Under the pieces are notes generated by a model, which worked only from the letters and a program-made list of their open reading frames with translations, was not told the DNA's origin and ran no database searches. From contig CM121341.1 in the NCBI GenBank assembly GCA_051530055.1, forward strand, positions 10,146,784 to 10,210,783: a DNA stretch of 64,000 nucleotides. The letters are read 5' to 3'. Shown here in pieces: positions 1-12,828 of the stretch. Origin of the DNA: Neoechinorhynchus agilis (Eukaryota; Animalia; Acanthocephala). Position 1 is the stretch's first letter; each line of letters begins with the position of its first letter. Position numbers and translations under genes: made by a program.

Positions 1-99
1 GAATTCCCACAGGCATTTTCGATATGGTACCTCATTTCGTGAATATCATATATTCTTTGATGTTTATTGGCAAGCCAGTTCTATTGATTCAGTGTTTTA

Positions 100-560
100 G
101 AACATCGCTTCCTCGGCTTATTGTGGTCCAGTGGACTTGAGCCCCTAATCCTTCGTTCATGGCCATTGATACGAACGGCAGTGCTTGATTCGAGGGAATT
201 CGTCGAGAAACTGAGGGAGACCAACATCTCGGAAAAATGTACAATTTTCACAATGGATGTTGTATCCCTCTATACCAATGTCTGCGTCGAGGATATCCTC
301 CAAACCTTGTTCCGGTTCTTCAGGGAATCGATCCCGAAACACATCTTAAGAATCTGCTCGAGTTAGCCTACGTAGCATGTTTTGAGTCCAATGGAATAGT
401 TCTGGCTAATCTTTTCATGGATCACTTGGAAAAAGTGAAATGGAATCGTACGCAATTGAACCGGTCTTCTGCAAAAGATAGATGATATATTCGTGATTTG
501 GCCCGACGATGAACAGAGTGTTAACGATTTCATGGAACATCTCAACCGTCAACATTATAG
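100..560 (+). mobile_element. Penelope-like reverse transcriptase remnant
   Basis: Frameshifted pieces TIFTMDVVSLYTNV (ORF 121-366) and IDDIFVIWPDDEQSVNDFMEHLN (about 478-546) match Penelope RT motifs. Confidence 0.75.
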
Positions 561-574
561 AATTTTGTTCTTAT

Positions 575-1590
575 AAAGGTCCAACCGTTTAAAAAAAGGG
601 GGATTGGGAATTCGGGCACTAGTGGACCTTGCTTTGCCGGCCTTTCTTGGATCGTTTGAGGAGAGCCTACCAGTCTCAAAGAACATTTTGAAGGAAAAGT
701 TCTGTCTTGACCGGGATTTCGTGGTGGCGGTTGAGGAATGGTGCTAGCAGACAGGCGCTAACCATGTTCCCGTGAATGGCCTCAGACAGTCGATCTGGGA
801 CGGACCTCTTGTCGCGAGAGCTCACAGCTCTCTACTTTCCGGTTCTCGCGATGGGGTCGTCCGAGCTAGACTGTTGGCAGTTTCAACACGAGAATCTGGG
901 GCGTGGTTGGAGGCTGTTCCTCTGGCATCAGTGGGAACTCTTCTTACTGACGAGGTAACGAGGATCGCAGTATCCTTAAGACTTGGTCTCCCGATATGCA
1001 CGCCCGATCGCTGTCGATGTGGGTCTTTGGTTGATGCTTTCGGGCGACACGGTCTCGTTTGCCGAAAGTCAGGAGGAAGGTTCTCACGCCATTCTTAAAT
1101 CAATAACGCAATTTCTCGGGCGTTGAGAACGGCGAACTTCCCGAACATCCTGGAACCCGCCCACCTTTGTGGAATAGACGACCGTAGGCCCGATGGAATT
1201 TCGGTCTTCCCGTGGCGGTAGAGCAAATGCCTTCTCTGGGACGCCACGTGTGTGGATACCCTCGCAGCCAGCAACATCCCCTACTCCCTCGAAATCGCCG
1301 GTGGTGCCGCCAGTGCAGGGGAAGGGAGGAAAATACGGAAATATCTTCACTTATCGAGGGCTCACTATTTTGTCCCCTTTGGGGTAGAGACGTATAGAGC
1401 GCTCGGCAGCTCGGCACTCTCTCTGCTCCAGGATCTCTCGAAGAAATTGAGAGAGGCAACCGGAGACTCAAGAGCAGGCGTATTCCTTCGACAAAATATC
1501 TCGCTAGCAGTACAACGGGGCAATGCTGCCAGCGTGATAGCGATGGTCGAGGAAGGACAAAAGCTGGAATTCGGCGGGAAGTGGTGAGTG
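575..1590 (+). mobile_element. CRE-clade non-LTR retrotransposon, 3' part (zinc knuckle + restriction-like endonuclease)
   Basis: SLRLGLPICTPDRCRCGSLVDAFGRHGLVC (CCHC knuckle), RPDGISVFPW, and FVPFGVETY...QNISLAVQRGNAASV; contains frameshifts. Confidence 0.8.
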
Positions 1591-1599
1591 TGTTAATTG

Positions 1600-2190
1600 T
1601 CGAGAAATGAAGATTGATTGAAATAAAATATATCAGTTTGAATAGGTCCGATGAAAATGGGAGGTTGCCGTTTCTAGATGTGTTGATTCAAAAAAATGGA
1701 ACACAAATTACTACATCGGTCTATAGAAAGTTACCTGAAACAAATAATTATATACTTTGGAACAGTGCCCATAACAACAGCACAAAAGTTGGTATATTCA
1801 AAGGCTTTCTGCATCGTGCCCACGGGTACCCAGAAGATGTTCTTAATTCAGCGCGAGAGCAAGTGTATCGTGCGAGACAAAACAATTCAAATGAAACCTC
1901 CGTGGGCCCGAATCGAATGTACCTGAGCATTGGAGTACCGGACATAAGTCTACAAACCAACTCCTGGCGTAACGAAATCTCTAGGAATTCCAATTTTATT
2001 TTCAACCTTCTGTGCCGATAGGAAACTTCATTTCCCGGAAAGGACTACTGCCTACAAAGTTTCTTATGGCCAATGCAACAGCAATTACATTGGACAAACA
2101 GGCCGGAATCTGAAGACGAGATTGGCAGAATATAAACGGACCAAGGCTCAGAAGGTGGTAGCGTCGAATATCGCGTTGAACGATGTGCAA
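1600..2190 (+). mobile_element. Penelope-like RT C-terminus and GIY-YIG endonuclease remnant
   Basis: ENGRLPFLDVLI...TSVYRK...HNNSTKVGIFKGFLHRA; YKVSYGQCNSNYIGQTGRNLKTRLAEYK at about 2050-2140. Confidence 0.8.
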
Positions 2191-2199
2191 ACTGGCCAG

Positions 2200-2470
2200 T
2201 GATTAATTACGATCAAAAATGGTTTTAGCAAGTGAACAAAATAACTTCCGACGCTTCTATAGAAACACGGTATGAGCAGTATCGATTTCTTCATTAAAGA
2301 CATGATAAATGCGATGATTAGAAGCTCGTCTACCAATATATTTTACTAGTTTTATTGCAGTTATTAGTTGATGTTTTAAAGTTTCCAATAAAGTTTTAAA
2401 CGCAAGTGCGTGGCGATGTAACATGCAATGGGTTATTGTAACTTGCGGTAATTCGATCTTCATGCGTTAA
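2200..2470 (-). mobile_element. hAT (Buster/FAM200-like) transposase remnant
   Basis: ITHCMLHRHALAFKTL...AIKLVKYI matches the hAT HCxxHRxAL motif; the remnant may extend to about 3270. Confidence 0.6.
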
Positions 2471-5400
2471 AAGAATCCAGGATTTTTCCCAACTTTGCTG
2501 GAGCCCAACAGTGCATATCGAGCCAATCACATTCAACGTTAATTAATATCAAAGAAAGTTTCTTGTGATTGAATCAGCGATCTCATTAATACAGCAAACT
2601 CACGTTTTTGCGTCGAAGTGAACCTTTTAAATAATGTGACAAATGAAAGAAGAATAGAATTGTAACGGCAACACAAAGGATAAGTCGTCTCGCTTTCACG
2701 ACACGTTTAAAAATTAAATAAGTTCTTAAATGCAGCATTTTTTCTTGGATCCAAACGACTACTGAATGCGTGCTTATTTGCTTTTTGCTAATCGGTGAGA
2801 CATGCTGGAGTCGAGCCAAGATGCCTGCGCTGCTGTGATGGTTTAACTGCAATGCACACGGAAATGCACCACTACGAATGGTAAGAAACTGGTTCCTATG
2901 CTGGCTGATATGTGTGAAGTTTTCATCCGAAGAAAATGCGTCTTTAAAATGAATACGTTTTCTGACTAACAGGTTTGAGCAACTTCATCTTCTGAGAATT
3001 TCCGTAAAAAATAACCTCATTTGAGACGAGCTTCTTAATCTATGCCAAAGCGTGATTGTCTAATGAAATTATTTCTTTTTACCAACGTTTTTGATTTCCG
3101 ATTGGAATGGCGAAACATCTTTATTCTCCAATGACTCGAGCATCCAGGATTCCCTTTCTGAATCGCACAGCTGATAAAAATGGTTTTTTGTTGTTGCGAC
3201 CAACCACTTTATTAACTTTAGTTAGAAATTCTGCGATGCTTGGTGTCCGACGGCACCAATCGTTTTAATGGCGAGAGCTTTTGAAAATATACAGTGACAA
3301 ATCGAGGCATTTGTATATCTCACCTTTTCGCCATTTCACCAACTCCGTAAACTGCAAGGAACAAGCTGCTCTTAGCAAAGTCCCAAGGAGACATTTTCCC
3401 AAGAAACTGTTGATACGCCCTCTCTTCCTTTACCGTCATCTCTGCTTAAACCAGCCGTCTCGAGGAGAGATCGAATGCCGTTAGCTCTTAGAATTAGAGT
3501 CTTACCTGGCTTTTCGGGTAATCGAGTTCGTTGGTTACTGGACTGTCCGAATCAACACCGCATTTGCATGTCGCAAGGATTAAGCAAGCCACGAATAAGC
3601 GTAGTGCTGAAGCGAAATCAAGGAGTGGGCATCCATTTTAGCACCAATCAAAAGGACTGGTAAAGCATTTTGGAAAAGGATGCCAATAAAATTAGAGCAG
3701 CCAAGCGGCTTGTTCTGGACACGGATGAGCCAACGGTTAGGATTACTATTACACCAAAACCTCCCAAGTAAACTACGAGTAAGGCTTGACGCCACGCCGA
3801 GTTAGAAAGTTCAAGAATCTGTTCATTGTGCGGCCGTTCTCATCGTCGAACGTGGCAGGTATTTCGATTTTAAAGGTATGATGTTTAGCGGCGTCGTGTT
3901 TCGCCGATTTTAGCAGCTTTTCCGCTACTTCAGTGGGTTGATTTACCGCCGAGTTTACTAAATTACTGAGGTTGGATTTGTCGAAGAGAGAAGTGCACTG
4001 AGTAGATTTGTGGGGTGCAAGTCGCATAGTTTCGTTTCTGGAATAACATTGAGGAGATTATGCACTGTCGAAGTGCCTTCTGTGATGATCTCGCATTTTT
4101 AGGACCTTAGAAGCAATCCAAGTAAAGCACTTTTTCGCGAAGGAACTTTATGTCGTTGGCAAGTTCCACTGGCGCAGCAGTCGTCTATATACACAATAAC
4201 CAAGGGCGACCAAAAGCTGTGGCTTGGCTCATTAATAGCTACCCGACCTCAAAAGCTCCCTTGCAAACAATATTCGCCAATCCCACCCGAACGGACTTCC
4301 CACACGACTGAACCCGTTATTCACTCCAAAATCAACAACCGCATTCTTTGAACAACTTTGAACCCAAGTGTTCATCAGGACCCAAAGGTACATTGGTCCA
4401 ATTCTTGTTAAGTAACAAAATAAACGTAATTTTAATTGCGAACAGTAGAGGACCGAAAGGATAATCCTTCTGAACAATTTCTCGAGAGGCCGCCAAATAT
4501 CAAGTCGTTGTCGTCAAACATCGCGACGAATGGTAATAAGCTCGAAATATCCTTTTCAATGCAGCTGATCGAATTGAATGCATTCGCGGAGTTTAGCTTG
4601 ACTATGGTGGACGGATCCTAAGGGCCCAGCTTCTTTTTCTTCTCCAAGAACATTAACACTTTGAAATGGTGGGAACTTGTCGACCAGCAAAGGAGATTCG
4701 ATTAAAAAACGATCGTTTGTGGATAAATATTTTTATTCCACAATTGCTAATATTCAGATTAACGTGATCAGGTCTTTCAATATTCAAATAGAAGAATAAA
4801 ATAGATAAACTCAGAGTGGGTGCAGATTTAAAAACTAGTTGTGCGTGAATAAAGTTGGTAATATGATTAAATTAAAAAAGTAATCATGAATTACAGGACA
4901 AAAAAACAAAGCGATCCACAATGAGTCAGTGGAGAAAAACGCAACCTTGAGTGGTTATTTTTGCCCTAATGGATTCTAACCAGGTAAGAACTTGAAGAGG
5001 AAATGCGGCAAAAACGTTAAGCGACCTATCAAAGCCATTGAGTCACCAACGATGAAACTAAAATAAGCTACTCCGTTTAATATTCAGCCATACGGAATGA
5101 CTTATTCTAGCGACTTGACGGTTGAACTCATACCACCTTCGCATTGAGTAAAATTGTTCTGAGCACACGCAACACGAACGGCGTCTTTTTAGGAAATGCC
5201 TGAAAACACTCGGTAAGTTCGTCCAGGATTAACGTCTTAGGTGTCTATTGAATCGAAAGGGAACGTTAAAAATATTGGCGATGCCATTAGCCGGTATTTT
5301 AAATAACCATTCTTAAAAACCTTTCACACAATCAATTATCCTTATTTGGCGATACATAGGCCCGGTCAATGAATTATTCATTATGAAATAATTCGTAAGG

Positions 5401-5657
5401 ATTTTCTCTCATCTATTCAGTTAGTGCCGCAGCAGAGATCTGAGTCAAGAGGTGAGGAAAATCCTCATTAAATATTTCATCCAAATAAGAACACAATTCT
5501 CCCCGAGGGCAATTCTCTGTGAAATAATCAATTATTCAAAAGCCTGAGGAAAAAACCTAATGAATACATTAATCATCGTCGAGAGAAAATCCCTCAGATA
5601 AAATTTTATTAAACTACCACAACTGCGACATTTGAGGGGATACGGGGCTATATGATT

Positions 5658-5858
5658 AGAATTGTTGTTTAGATGTCTTCATTTAGTAAATAAATTTTTT
5701 TATTAAAGACGTTCTCGTCGGGTTCATCATCAGTTTGTTAGTTATTAAAAGACTTTCAGGAAATAACGAGTAAACTGATGATGAACCAAAAGAGGTTCTC
5801 AGAACGTCTTTAATTCAAAAAATTATTTACCGGGTGAAGACTTTTAAAAAATAATTCT
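5658..5858. repeat. Foldback element family 1 (arms contain CTGATGATGAACC)
   Basis: Imperfect inverted arms of about 75 bp; a second copy lies at 55403-55599. Confidence 0.8.
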
Positions 5859-6864
5859 GCAACACTGTTAAATATTCATATCGACAAAATCCTTTAGGGT
5901 GGTAAATTTTGAATTGTGGTGATGCAGTTTAAAAGTTATTTTATTGCTAAGATGTACTTCGAAAGATAAAAGTTCGGCTCAATAAAATAACTTTTAACCA
6001 GCGGGGAGATTATCACCACCACAACTAGAACATTATTAATTTTATGCTTGTTTATGACGATGAAAAACTACCTCCCAAATATCGAATTTAATAAATTCCT
6101 TTAGTTTTTCAGCGTCATAAAATAAACATTAATTATACGATTTTCAAACACATCAATCTTCAAGTTTTGAAGAGCGAGAAATTTTAATGGAAGATTTACA
6201 AAAAAATCGGAAACTAAAGGATTAGCTTAGCTCAGACCTAAGAAAAAAATCAAAGCTCCATCATTTGAAAAAAATTAAAACGCTTCCCTTAACTTTGTGT
6301 TAATTTCAAAGAAAAAAGATTTCTTTATTTCAAATTTCTTATGAACCTAAAAAATTTATTAGGTGTTTTTTAACGCACCGAGAAAACGCGCCTTAAAGAG
6401 CCAAATTCGCCACGGAATCGTTTGGTCCTTCGTCACCATGGTGACGTCTAAGCACACAAGACGATTTATGGTCCCAAAGGTTTCCTCGATCGCGTGCTGG
6501 ACTACTTCGTCTAAGAAGCTTGTCTTCGTATCGCCTATTAGGATTTTAGACCGTGAAACGCAACGTTTGCTTGTGAGAACAGGAGAGATTTCTCTCCGTT
6601 AGCCATCTCGGCTTATCAAACCAAAATGAATGTGAACGCGCGAAAGAATACGATTTCTGTTAGTGTGGAATTTGAACGGTGATAGAGTCGATTTTAGGCG
6701 CCATTGCTCAGGTCCTCCTCGATTCTTATTGGCTCGTTGTAAGCTCAGTTTGTAAAATGAGGAAATATGCGCGACAGTGAGAGAAATTCCGATTGAACAG
6801 TTTAATTTTTATTTGTTGAAAAACGAAACTCACACTGTATACACATCGGTGCCATCAATTGGAT

Positions 6865-7847
6865 TGCATTTTGTTCTAATGAACTCAGATTCGCATTTTA
6901 CACACGAGAGATCCTTTTTTCAACGAGTCGAAATCACACTTTTTTTTAATTCTCTAAAAATTGTCGTTAAATTTTTTTAACGAGTCGAAATTTTGGAATG
7001 AATCCGACAACCCACAAAGTTTGTGGTTCAATGTGAAACTTTAATTTTTTATTTAATATTTCGTATTCTACGAGTTGGAACTTTAGAATTAGTTTTCAAG
7101 CTTTTTCAATTGTGTTTACGCGTAGAATACGAAATATAAAATCATTTTTTATTTCTCCTTGGCCAAAAATAAATATATATGTATAACATTTACAATGATT
7201 TTTTGTTTTGCATTTTGTTTAAATGAACTCAGTTCACATTTTACACACGAGAGATCCTTTTCAACGAGTCGAAATCACACTTTTTTTTAATTCTAAAAGT
7301 TGTCGTTAAATTTTTTAACGAGTCGAAATTTTGGAATGAATCCGACAACCCACAAAGTTTGTGGTTCAATGTGAAACTTTAATTTTTTATTTAATATTTC
7401 GTATTCTACGAGTTGGAACTTTAGAATTAGTTCTCAAGCTTTTTCAATTGTGTTTACGCGTAGAATACGAAATATAAAATCATTTTTTATTTCTCCTTGG
7501 CCAAAATTAATATATATAACATCTTTACAATGATTTTTTGTTTTGCATTTTGTTTAAATGAACTCAGATTCGCATTTTACACACGAGAGATCCTTTTTTC
7601 AACGAGTCGAAATCACACTTTTTTTTAATTCTCTAAAAATTGTCGTTAAATTTTTTTAACGAGTCGAAATTTTGGAATGAATCCGACAACCCACAAAGTT
7701 TGTGGTTCAATGTGAAACTTTAATTTTTTATTTAATATTTCGTATTCTACGAGTTGGAACTTTAGAATTAGTTCTCAAGCTTTTTCAATTGTGTTTACGC
7801 GTAGAATACGAAATATAAAATCATTTTTTATTTCTCCTTGGCCAAAA
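6865..7847. repeat. Tandem repeat, unit about 335-345 bp, about 3 copies
   Basis: TTGCATTTTGTT...AATGAACTCAG recurs near 6865, 7209 and 7543. Each unit holds a perfect 17-bp inverted repeat ATATTTCGTATTCTACG/CGTAGAATACGAAATAT (7056-7072 and 7121-7137 in copy 1). Confidence 0.9.
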
Positions 7848-8199
7848 ACGATCTATGGATAATGAATTGTTCATGCCCTTTTTTATTTATTGCGCAAAAA
7901 AGATTGAAGTAATTTATTGAATTATTCGCACTTACGAATAAGACACTTGGCAGAAGATTGTGCGTGAAAAACAATTGGATTCAAAAAATTTCTTCAATTT
8001 TTACACCCCAAATAAAAGCTGAATTAAAAATGGAGAATTAATATTTGTTTTCGGAGTGTTTGCTTGACTTTAAATCACTTTTTGTTTATTTCTATTTGTG
8101 CGATAATTTTTCATACATGCAACCAAGAAATGTTCATTGATAGGTCGTTTAAAACGTTTTAAATCACCACCTTCATCAAATTTATTTTTATTAATGTAG

Positions 8200-11100
8200 A
8201 TGACGGGAAATGGTATTCGAGACAATATCGTGAGCGTAATTCTAGACTTCTACAAGAATCCTGATCGCGAAAGGCAGAATCGGTATGAGCGAGCTCTTGT
8301 GTCCGATGAAGCCTGGCAGCTATGCCCTCAACTTCTATTAAATGAACTCTATGAAGACCGCCAAGAAAACATTACAATTCAATTCTTTGGGGCAAGCGTT
8401 CTTTACAGTCGGATATCTCGAATGTACGCTATGATATCAAAGGAAGATCGCATTCAAACTCGATTGCTACTAATGCAACTTGTTGGACAATTGGGCTCTG
8501 GGACACGAAATGGCGAACCTCGGAATGTGTTTACAAGAATCTGCATAGCCTTTGTTCAACTCGCTTTAAACATGATGAACGACTACTCTTGGCCTGAACC
8601 ATTAGTGGATATATGTGAAGTCTATAAGAATCATTCTGCCGATTTAGGATTGGAATTCGTTGATAATTTACAGCTCGAACGCCTGTTACTTAAATTGTTC
8701 TCTATTTTTTCACAGGAATTGACAACAATGAAAGACGTAGAAAAGAAAGACTCTTTAACGAGGAAAATCGGAAAATCAAGCGTTCTCGTAATTTCAACCA
8801 TCGAGAAGATGTTGACTAGGACTCCTAATGTTGATCGAAGTAATCGGAAATCGATTTTGGACTGTCTTGCTTCTTGGTGCGCATTAGATATCGACCTTGA
8901 GCTGTTTACTCCGACTATTTTTAACTTTACTTTCGATTCCTTGGTCCTCCGCGATTCAGAAGACGATACAGACGATTTGAATGAAGCTGCATGTGAAGCA
9001 CTCATCGCTATAATGTGTTCAACGACTGGGATGAGGTACATAAAGATCTGGACTGGAGTAATGTACTACCTTATTATGTGCACCAAAAAATTCTTTATCC
9101 AAACCTTGAAGGCGTATATGGAAGGCGGTCGAAATGACGATTCACTTATGGACTATTTGTGCCGGATTGTTCGAGTTCTTGTGGCGCTTGTTGAAAATCA
9201 TGTCGCTTGCTTCCTCCAACCAAAAGATCCTAATGTGCTACACGTGAGTCTGGTTCACATGGTTCAAATATCGAATTAGCATTTGTCATTTATTTTGGTC
9301 TATTTAGGCTAGCATGATCAAAAGTGTTCAAATAACACACAATCGCCCTTTTAACGTTTTTACCTTGAAATCTTGACCGAATCGTTTGATAAAAAAGAAA
9401 TCCAAACAATGCGAGCAAAACGCATTTCCGTTTTGAAATTGTTTTAGTGGACTTTCATTTTTTCACCTTCTTTTGTACTTATATGTTTTTTAATATATCG
9501 TTTGCATCTATAAACGTTCAACTATCTTTTTTATTTAGTTTATGCGTAGTTCAGCCGGCGCTACATTTATCAGTGTAAATTAAGTTATCCTACTCGGCTG
9601 ATCTTTCTAAGGCACAAAGCCCACCGATTGTTCAGCTATCTGTAATCGAAAAAGAGATCCAGATTCACGGATAAATGCGTTCGACGAGCTTCTAATCTAC
9701 CTCACTATGTGCACAGCAGTGTACGGTCAACATCCAACAGAGGAACGGATTTCAGATCTTACCTTTAGCTCATGGTACATTATTTTCGAAGAGATCGGTA
9801 ATGCCTCTCTTGGAATCACCCCGGAGGAAACGGAACGATTCTACCACATACTTTGGCCCCACACCCAACAAACGATATGTAGTATGGTCGCCAAAATAGC
9901 GTATTTTGAACGCGATGATCGGTACAATAATCTCACCTCTGATGACCGAGAAGCTTTTCGAATTTATCGGATAAATGTATCTGATACGTTTATATTCATC
10001 TATGGTGCATACCCAAGACAAACGGCCGACATTCTCCTTAAGACATTGAGAGCAGCAGCGGAAGTGAAAAAATGGGTATACCAAGAATCGGCAATCTATT
10101 TGTTTGGGACTGTAGCAGAACAGGAAATCATCGATGACGATTATTTATTGCCCTTTATTCATACATTCCTAAATGAAGTTGATCTCGAAGTAGATAGGCG
10201 ATTTACAGAAACAGGAATTACATTCGTTGGTCAGTTAAGTGGGATTTCTTCAATCATGCCAACATACCTTGATCCGCTTCTCGAACTATGTCTCAAATAT
10301 ATCAATAGATATGATTTGTGTCAAAGCGTAACTATGGCTTTAAGAACGCTGACTCGTGAGATAAGAACAACCTTTAGACCGCTGTTTAAAGACGTAATTT
10401 GCAAATGTATGGGAGTTGTATTGTCTCCTGCGAAACTTGATCTTCATGAGCGATGCCGTTCAATGAGTATAGTTGGATTCTGTTTGTCTTTTGTGACTCC
10501 AATAAGTCTACTTACCTCTTTACTCGAAACGGTAGTTGCTCCACTGATAAAAATTGTTAACAATGGCCTATCGAAGTTCACAGAGCTTACATTGGAACAC
10601 AAAGCGCAAATCGCCCTGAATTTGACTCTTTTATCTAATTTTGTGAACGCTTATACTACGCCGATCAGTGAGCAGGACAGTTTTTGTTCTCATATGGATG
10701 ACAATGACGTTATCAGCCTAAAGATTCAGCATGGAACCGCAGTAAATTTACTAGCGGATGCTTTGTGCCCCATACTAATGGACGTGTGTAAACAATGTCC
10801 AATCCAACTCACAGAAAGCGCCATGGAAATGTTTTCAAGAATCCTCACTTGTCTCGGAATCAAATTTGAACCTTATCTGCCTCAACTTCTACAATCAATT
10901 CAATCAATTTCCTCCGAAACCCAAATAGGTCGGTGCATGTTGGGAGTCGTTCGGAATAGCTGCAGCGATGTACTCAGTGTTATTGTGTTTCAAAATAAAT
11001 ATCCATCGAATGATCAATCAGTACAAATAATCACTCAAATGTTTATCGAAGTCGTTCATCGATCAATGAAACGAATCGATGAGTATCGAAAAGGACAAAG

Positions 11101-11794
11101 CCTAGCCGATCGAGTTAATGCTGAATGTACGAAGAGAATGTCTGTGGCTGAACGGTACACTTCTTATCGCGATGCGTCTCTTGAGTTCAAAGAAGATATT
11201 CTCGATTTTCTTGAAGAATTCATGGCTCTCGTTGACTACGCTCTCCATGAGCGATCACAACTTTTGAATTTACTGGAAGCCGATACAATCAATTGGATAT
11301 TGAACATTCTATTGGAATCTGTTCAGCTAAATGAAATGTTCACCGTGAAGAAGGCGGCAGAACTCTTTATCGAGTTGGGTTCATCTTTGGGTGTTTATCT
11401 CGGTTGACGAACCGCAACTATTGCAGAGTTCATTAAGGCCGATCGATTCCAACATGTGATTGCACCGGCGTCTCCTTATGTTATCCGTGTATTGATTGAA
11501 ACGGCGCTAATAAAAAGTTCAAAGCAAACAATGAGTGATGTAATAACTCCAGTGATTGCTATTGCACATCGGTATCCTCCAGTGAAGTTTTCTCAGTGGC
11601 TAGTGACGGCAATAAAGGAACTTTATAGTGAAGGATGCCTTGAAAGTCTCAATGAGCTGGAAATGAATAGATTTGTTAAGGTCCTGACCGCAAACATGAC
11701 TAAACGTCTCATAGGTCCTGATGTCAGGATGAAGATTTACACCACAGTTGAGCACACTGCTGCTCTAGCCAGGGGTAATGCAGGGGCTAAGTGA
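8200..11794 (+). CDS. IPO13: Importin-13/transportin-3 family karyopherin; three coding blocks (8200-~9243, ~9670-~11373, ~11420-11794)
   Basis: N-terminal AWQLC...QFFGASVLYSRISR; ENH...MCTAVYGQHPTEERISDLTFSSWY resembles IPO13 FCTGIPGHYPVNETTSSLTLTFWY; long HEAT-like helical ORFs. Confidence 0.7.
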
Positions 11795-12663
11795 GTGTTG
11801 GGTGTATTGGGTGTATAAAAAATGATGTTTTCGTTCTGAAATGTCCATGGGCGTAATCAGATACGAATCAGTAGAATTTTTTGTGGTACTCATAATCCAA
11901 ATAGAGGCTAATTTCCTTGGAATTATTTGGAGCAGAAAAGCGGGTTTTTTCTTCGATAAGTATAAGATGATTTTTTCCATACAGGCCGAATAGACGCACA
12001 GTCGACTGATTTCGGTCTGGGAAGCGCTGGTCTATGCTCAATGCCCATAACCACACAGTTTACTTATCAATAAAAAGACTACCGGCTGAGCCACTCATAA
12101 GAATGCTAAAAAATCGGAAAGCTTATCCAGGCTAAACTGGTGAAGTTTGTACATTCCGTAGTTATGCTGAGGTGGTCAAGTGGACTAAAGCTTCTGATCT
12201 CAGTTAAGGGTCAACTGATTCAAATCCGTTACCGCCGATGACACTCTCAACCAAAGGGCACGAAATATCTCGTCGAAGGAAAGAGGAAACCCACTGACGG
12301 GTCCCGCCTCCTCGGGAGGTATCTGAGAATCCGGAGGGATTCTTACAAACTCATAACCGCACGGTCTTGGGCATTGAACGCATACCAGCGCGTTAGTCAT
12401 CTTATACTTACGTTGATTTTAAGGGGCAATAAAAAGATAAGGGTGCGATTTTTAAGTACATTTTATGTTCTGGAGACTAAAACCATTCATTAACGAGACT
12501 AATAATCTCGATGCCAAACTCCGATTTAAAAGATAGAGAGAAATGTAAACTCATTTGAAAGATCTTATGAGCTAGTGATTAAAATAGTCTGCAATAAGCA
12601 CCTAACACATTTTACCATGGCTACAAGAACGCCTTAAACAAAACATAAGAATGGAGTCAGAAA

Positions 12664-12828
12664 ATGGCGAACGAGAGGGAAATTGAAATTCCGGAATGGT
12701 GTGCGACTGTACTTCGACTAGTGCACTACATCTACGTCTTTATGCTGATCATCGTCTTCATCTTGTATATTTTCTATATTTCAAGTCAGGTTTCAGCAAC
12801 TATAATGTCTTTGGTTTTTGAAGCGTGA
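12664..12828 (+). CDS. Possible small single-pass membrane protein (54 aa)
   Basis: MANEREIEIPEWCATVLRLVHYIYVFMLIIVFILYIFYISSQVSATIMSLVFEA has a strongly hydrophobic segment; no homology recognised. Confidence 0.3.
   Translation: MANEREIEIPEWCATVLRLVHYIYVFMLIIVFILYIFYISSQVSATIMSLVFEA

Noticed and set aside
3281-4620. Short ORFs possibly from a DIRS or other retroelement
   Set aside because: No motif could be identified with confidence.
11405-11407. Stop-codon readthrough, selenocysteine or an altered genetic code as the explanation for the interrupted ORFs
   Set aside because: Only this site and the MDH2 sites keep the same frame. The others need frame changes, all three stop codons are involved, and normal gene ends use TGA and TAA.
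12290-12345. HDV-like ribozyme (GTCCCGCCTCCTCG resembles the HDV P2-P3-L3)
   Set aside because: I found no matching P1, P1.1 GG or P2 3' strand; the sequence is better explained as a simple CCTCC-TCG-GGAGG hairpin.
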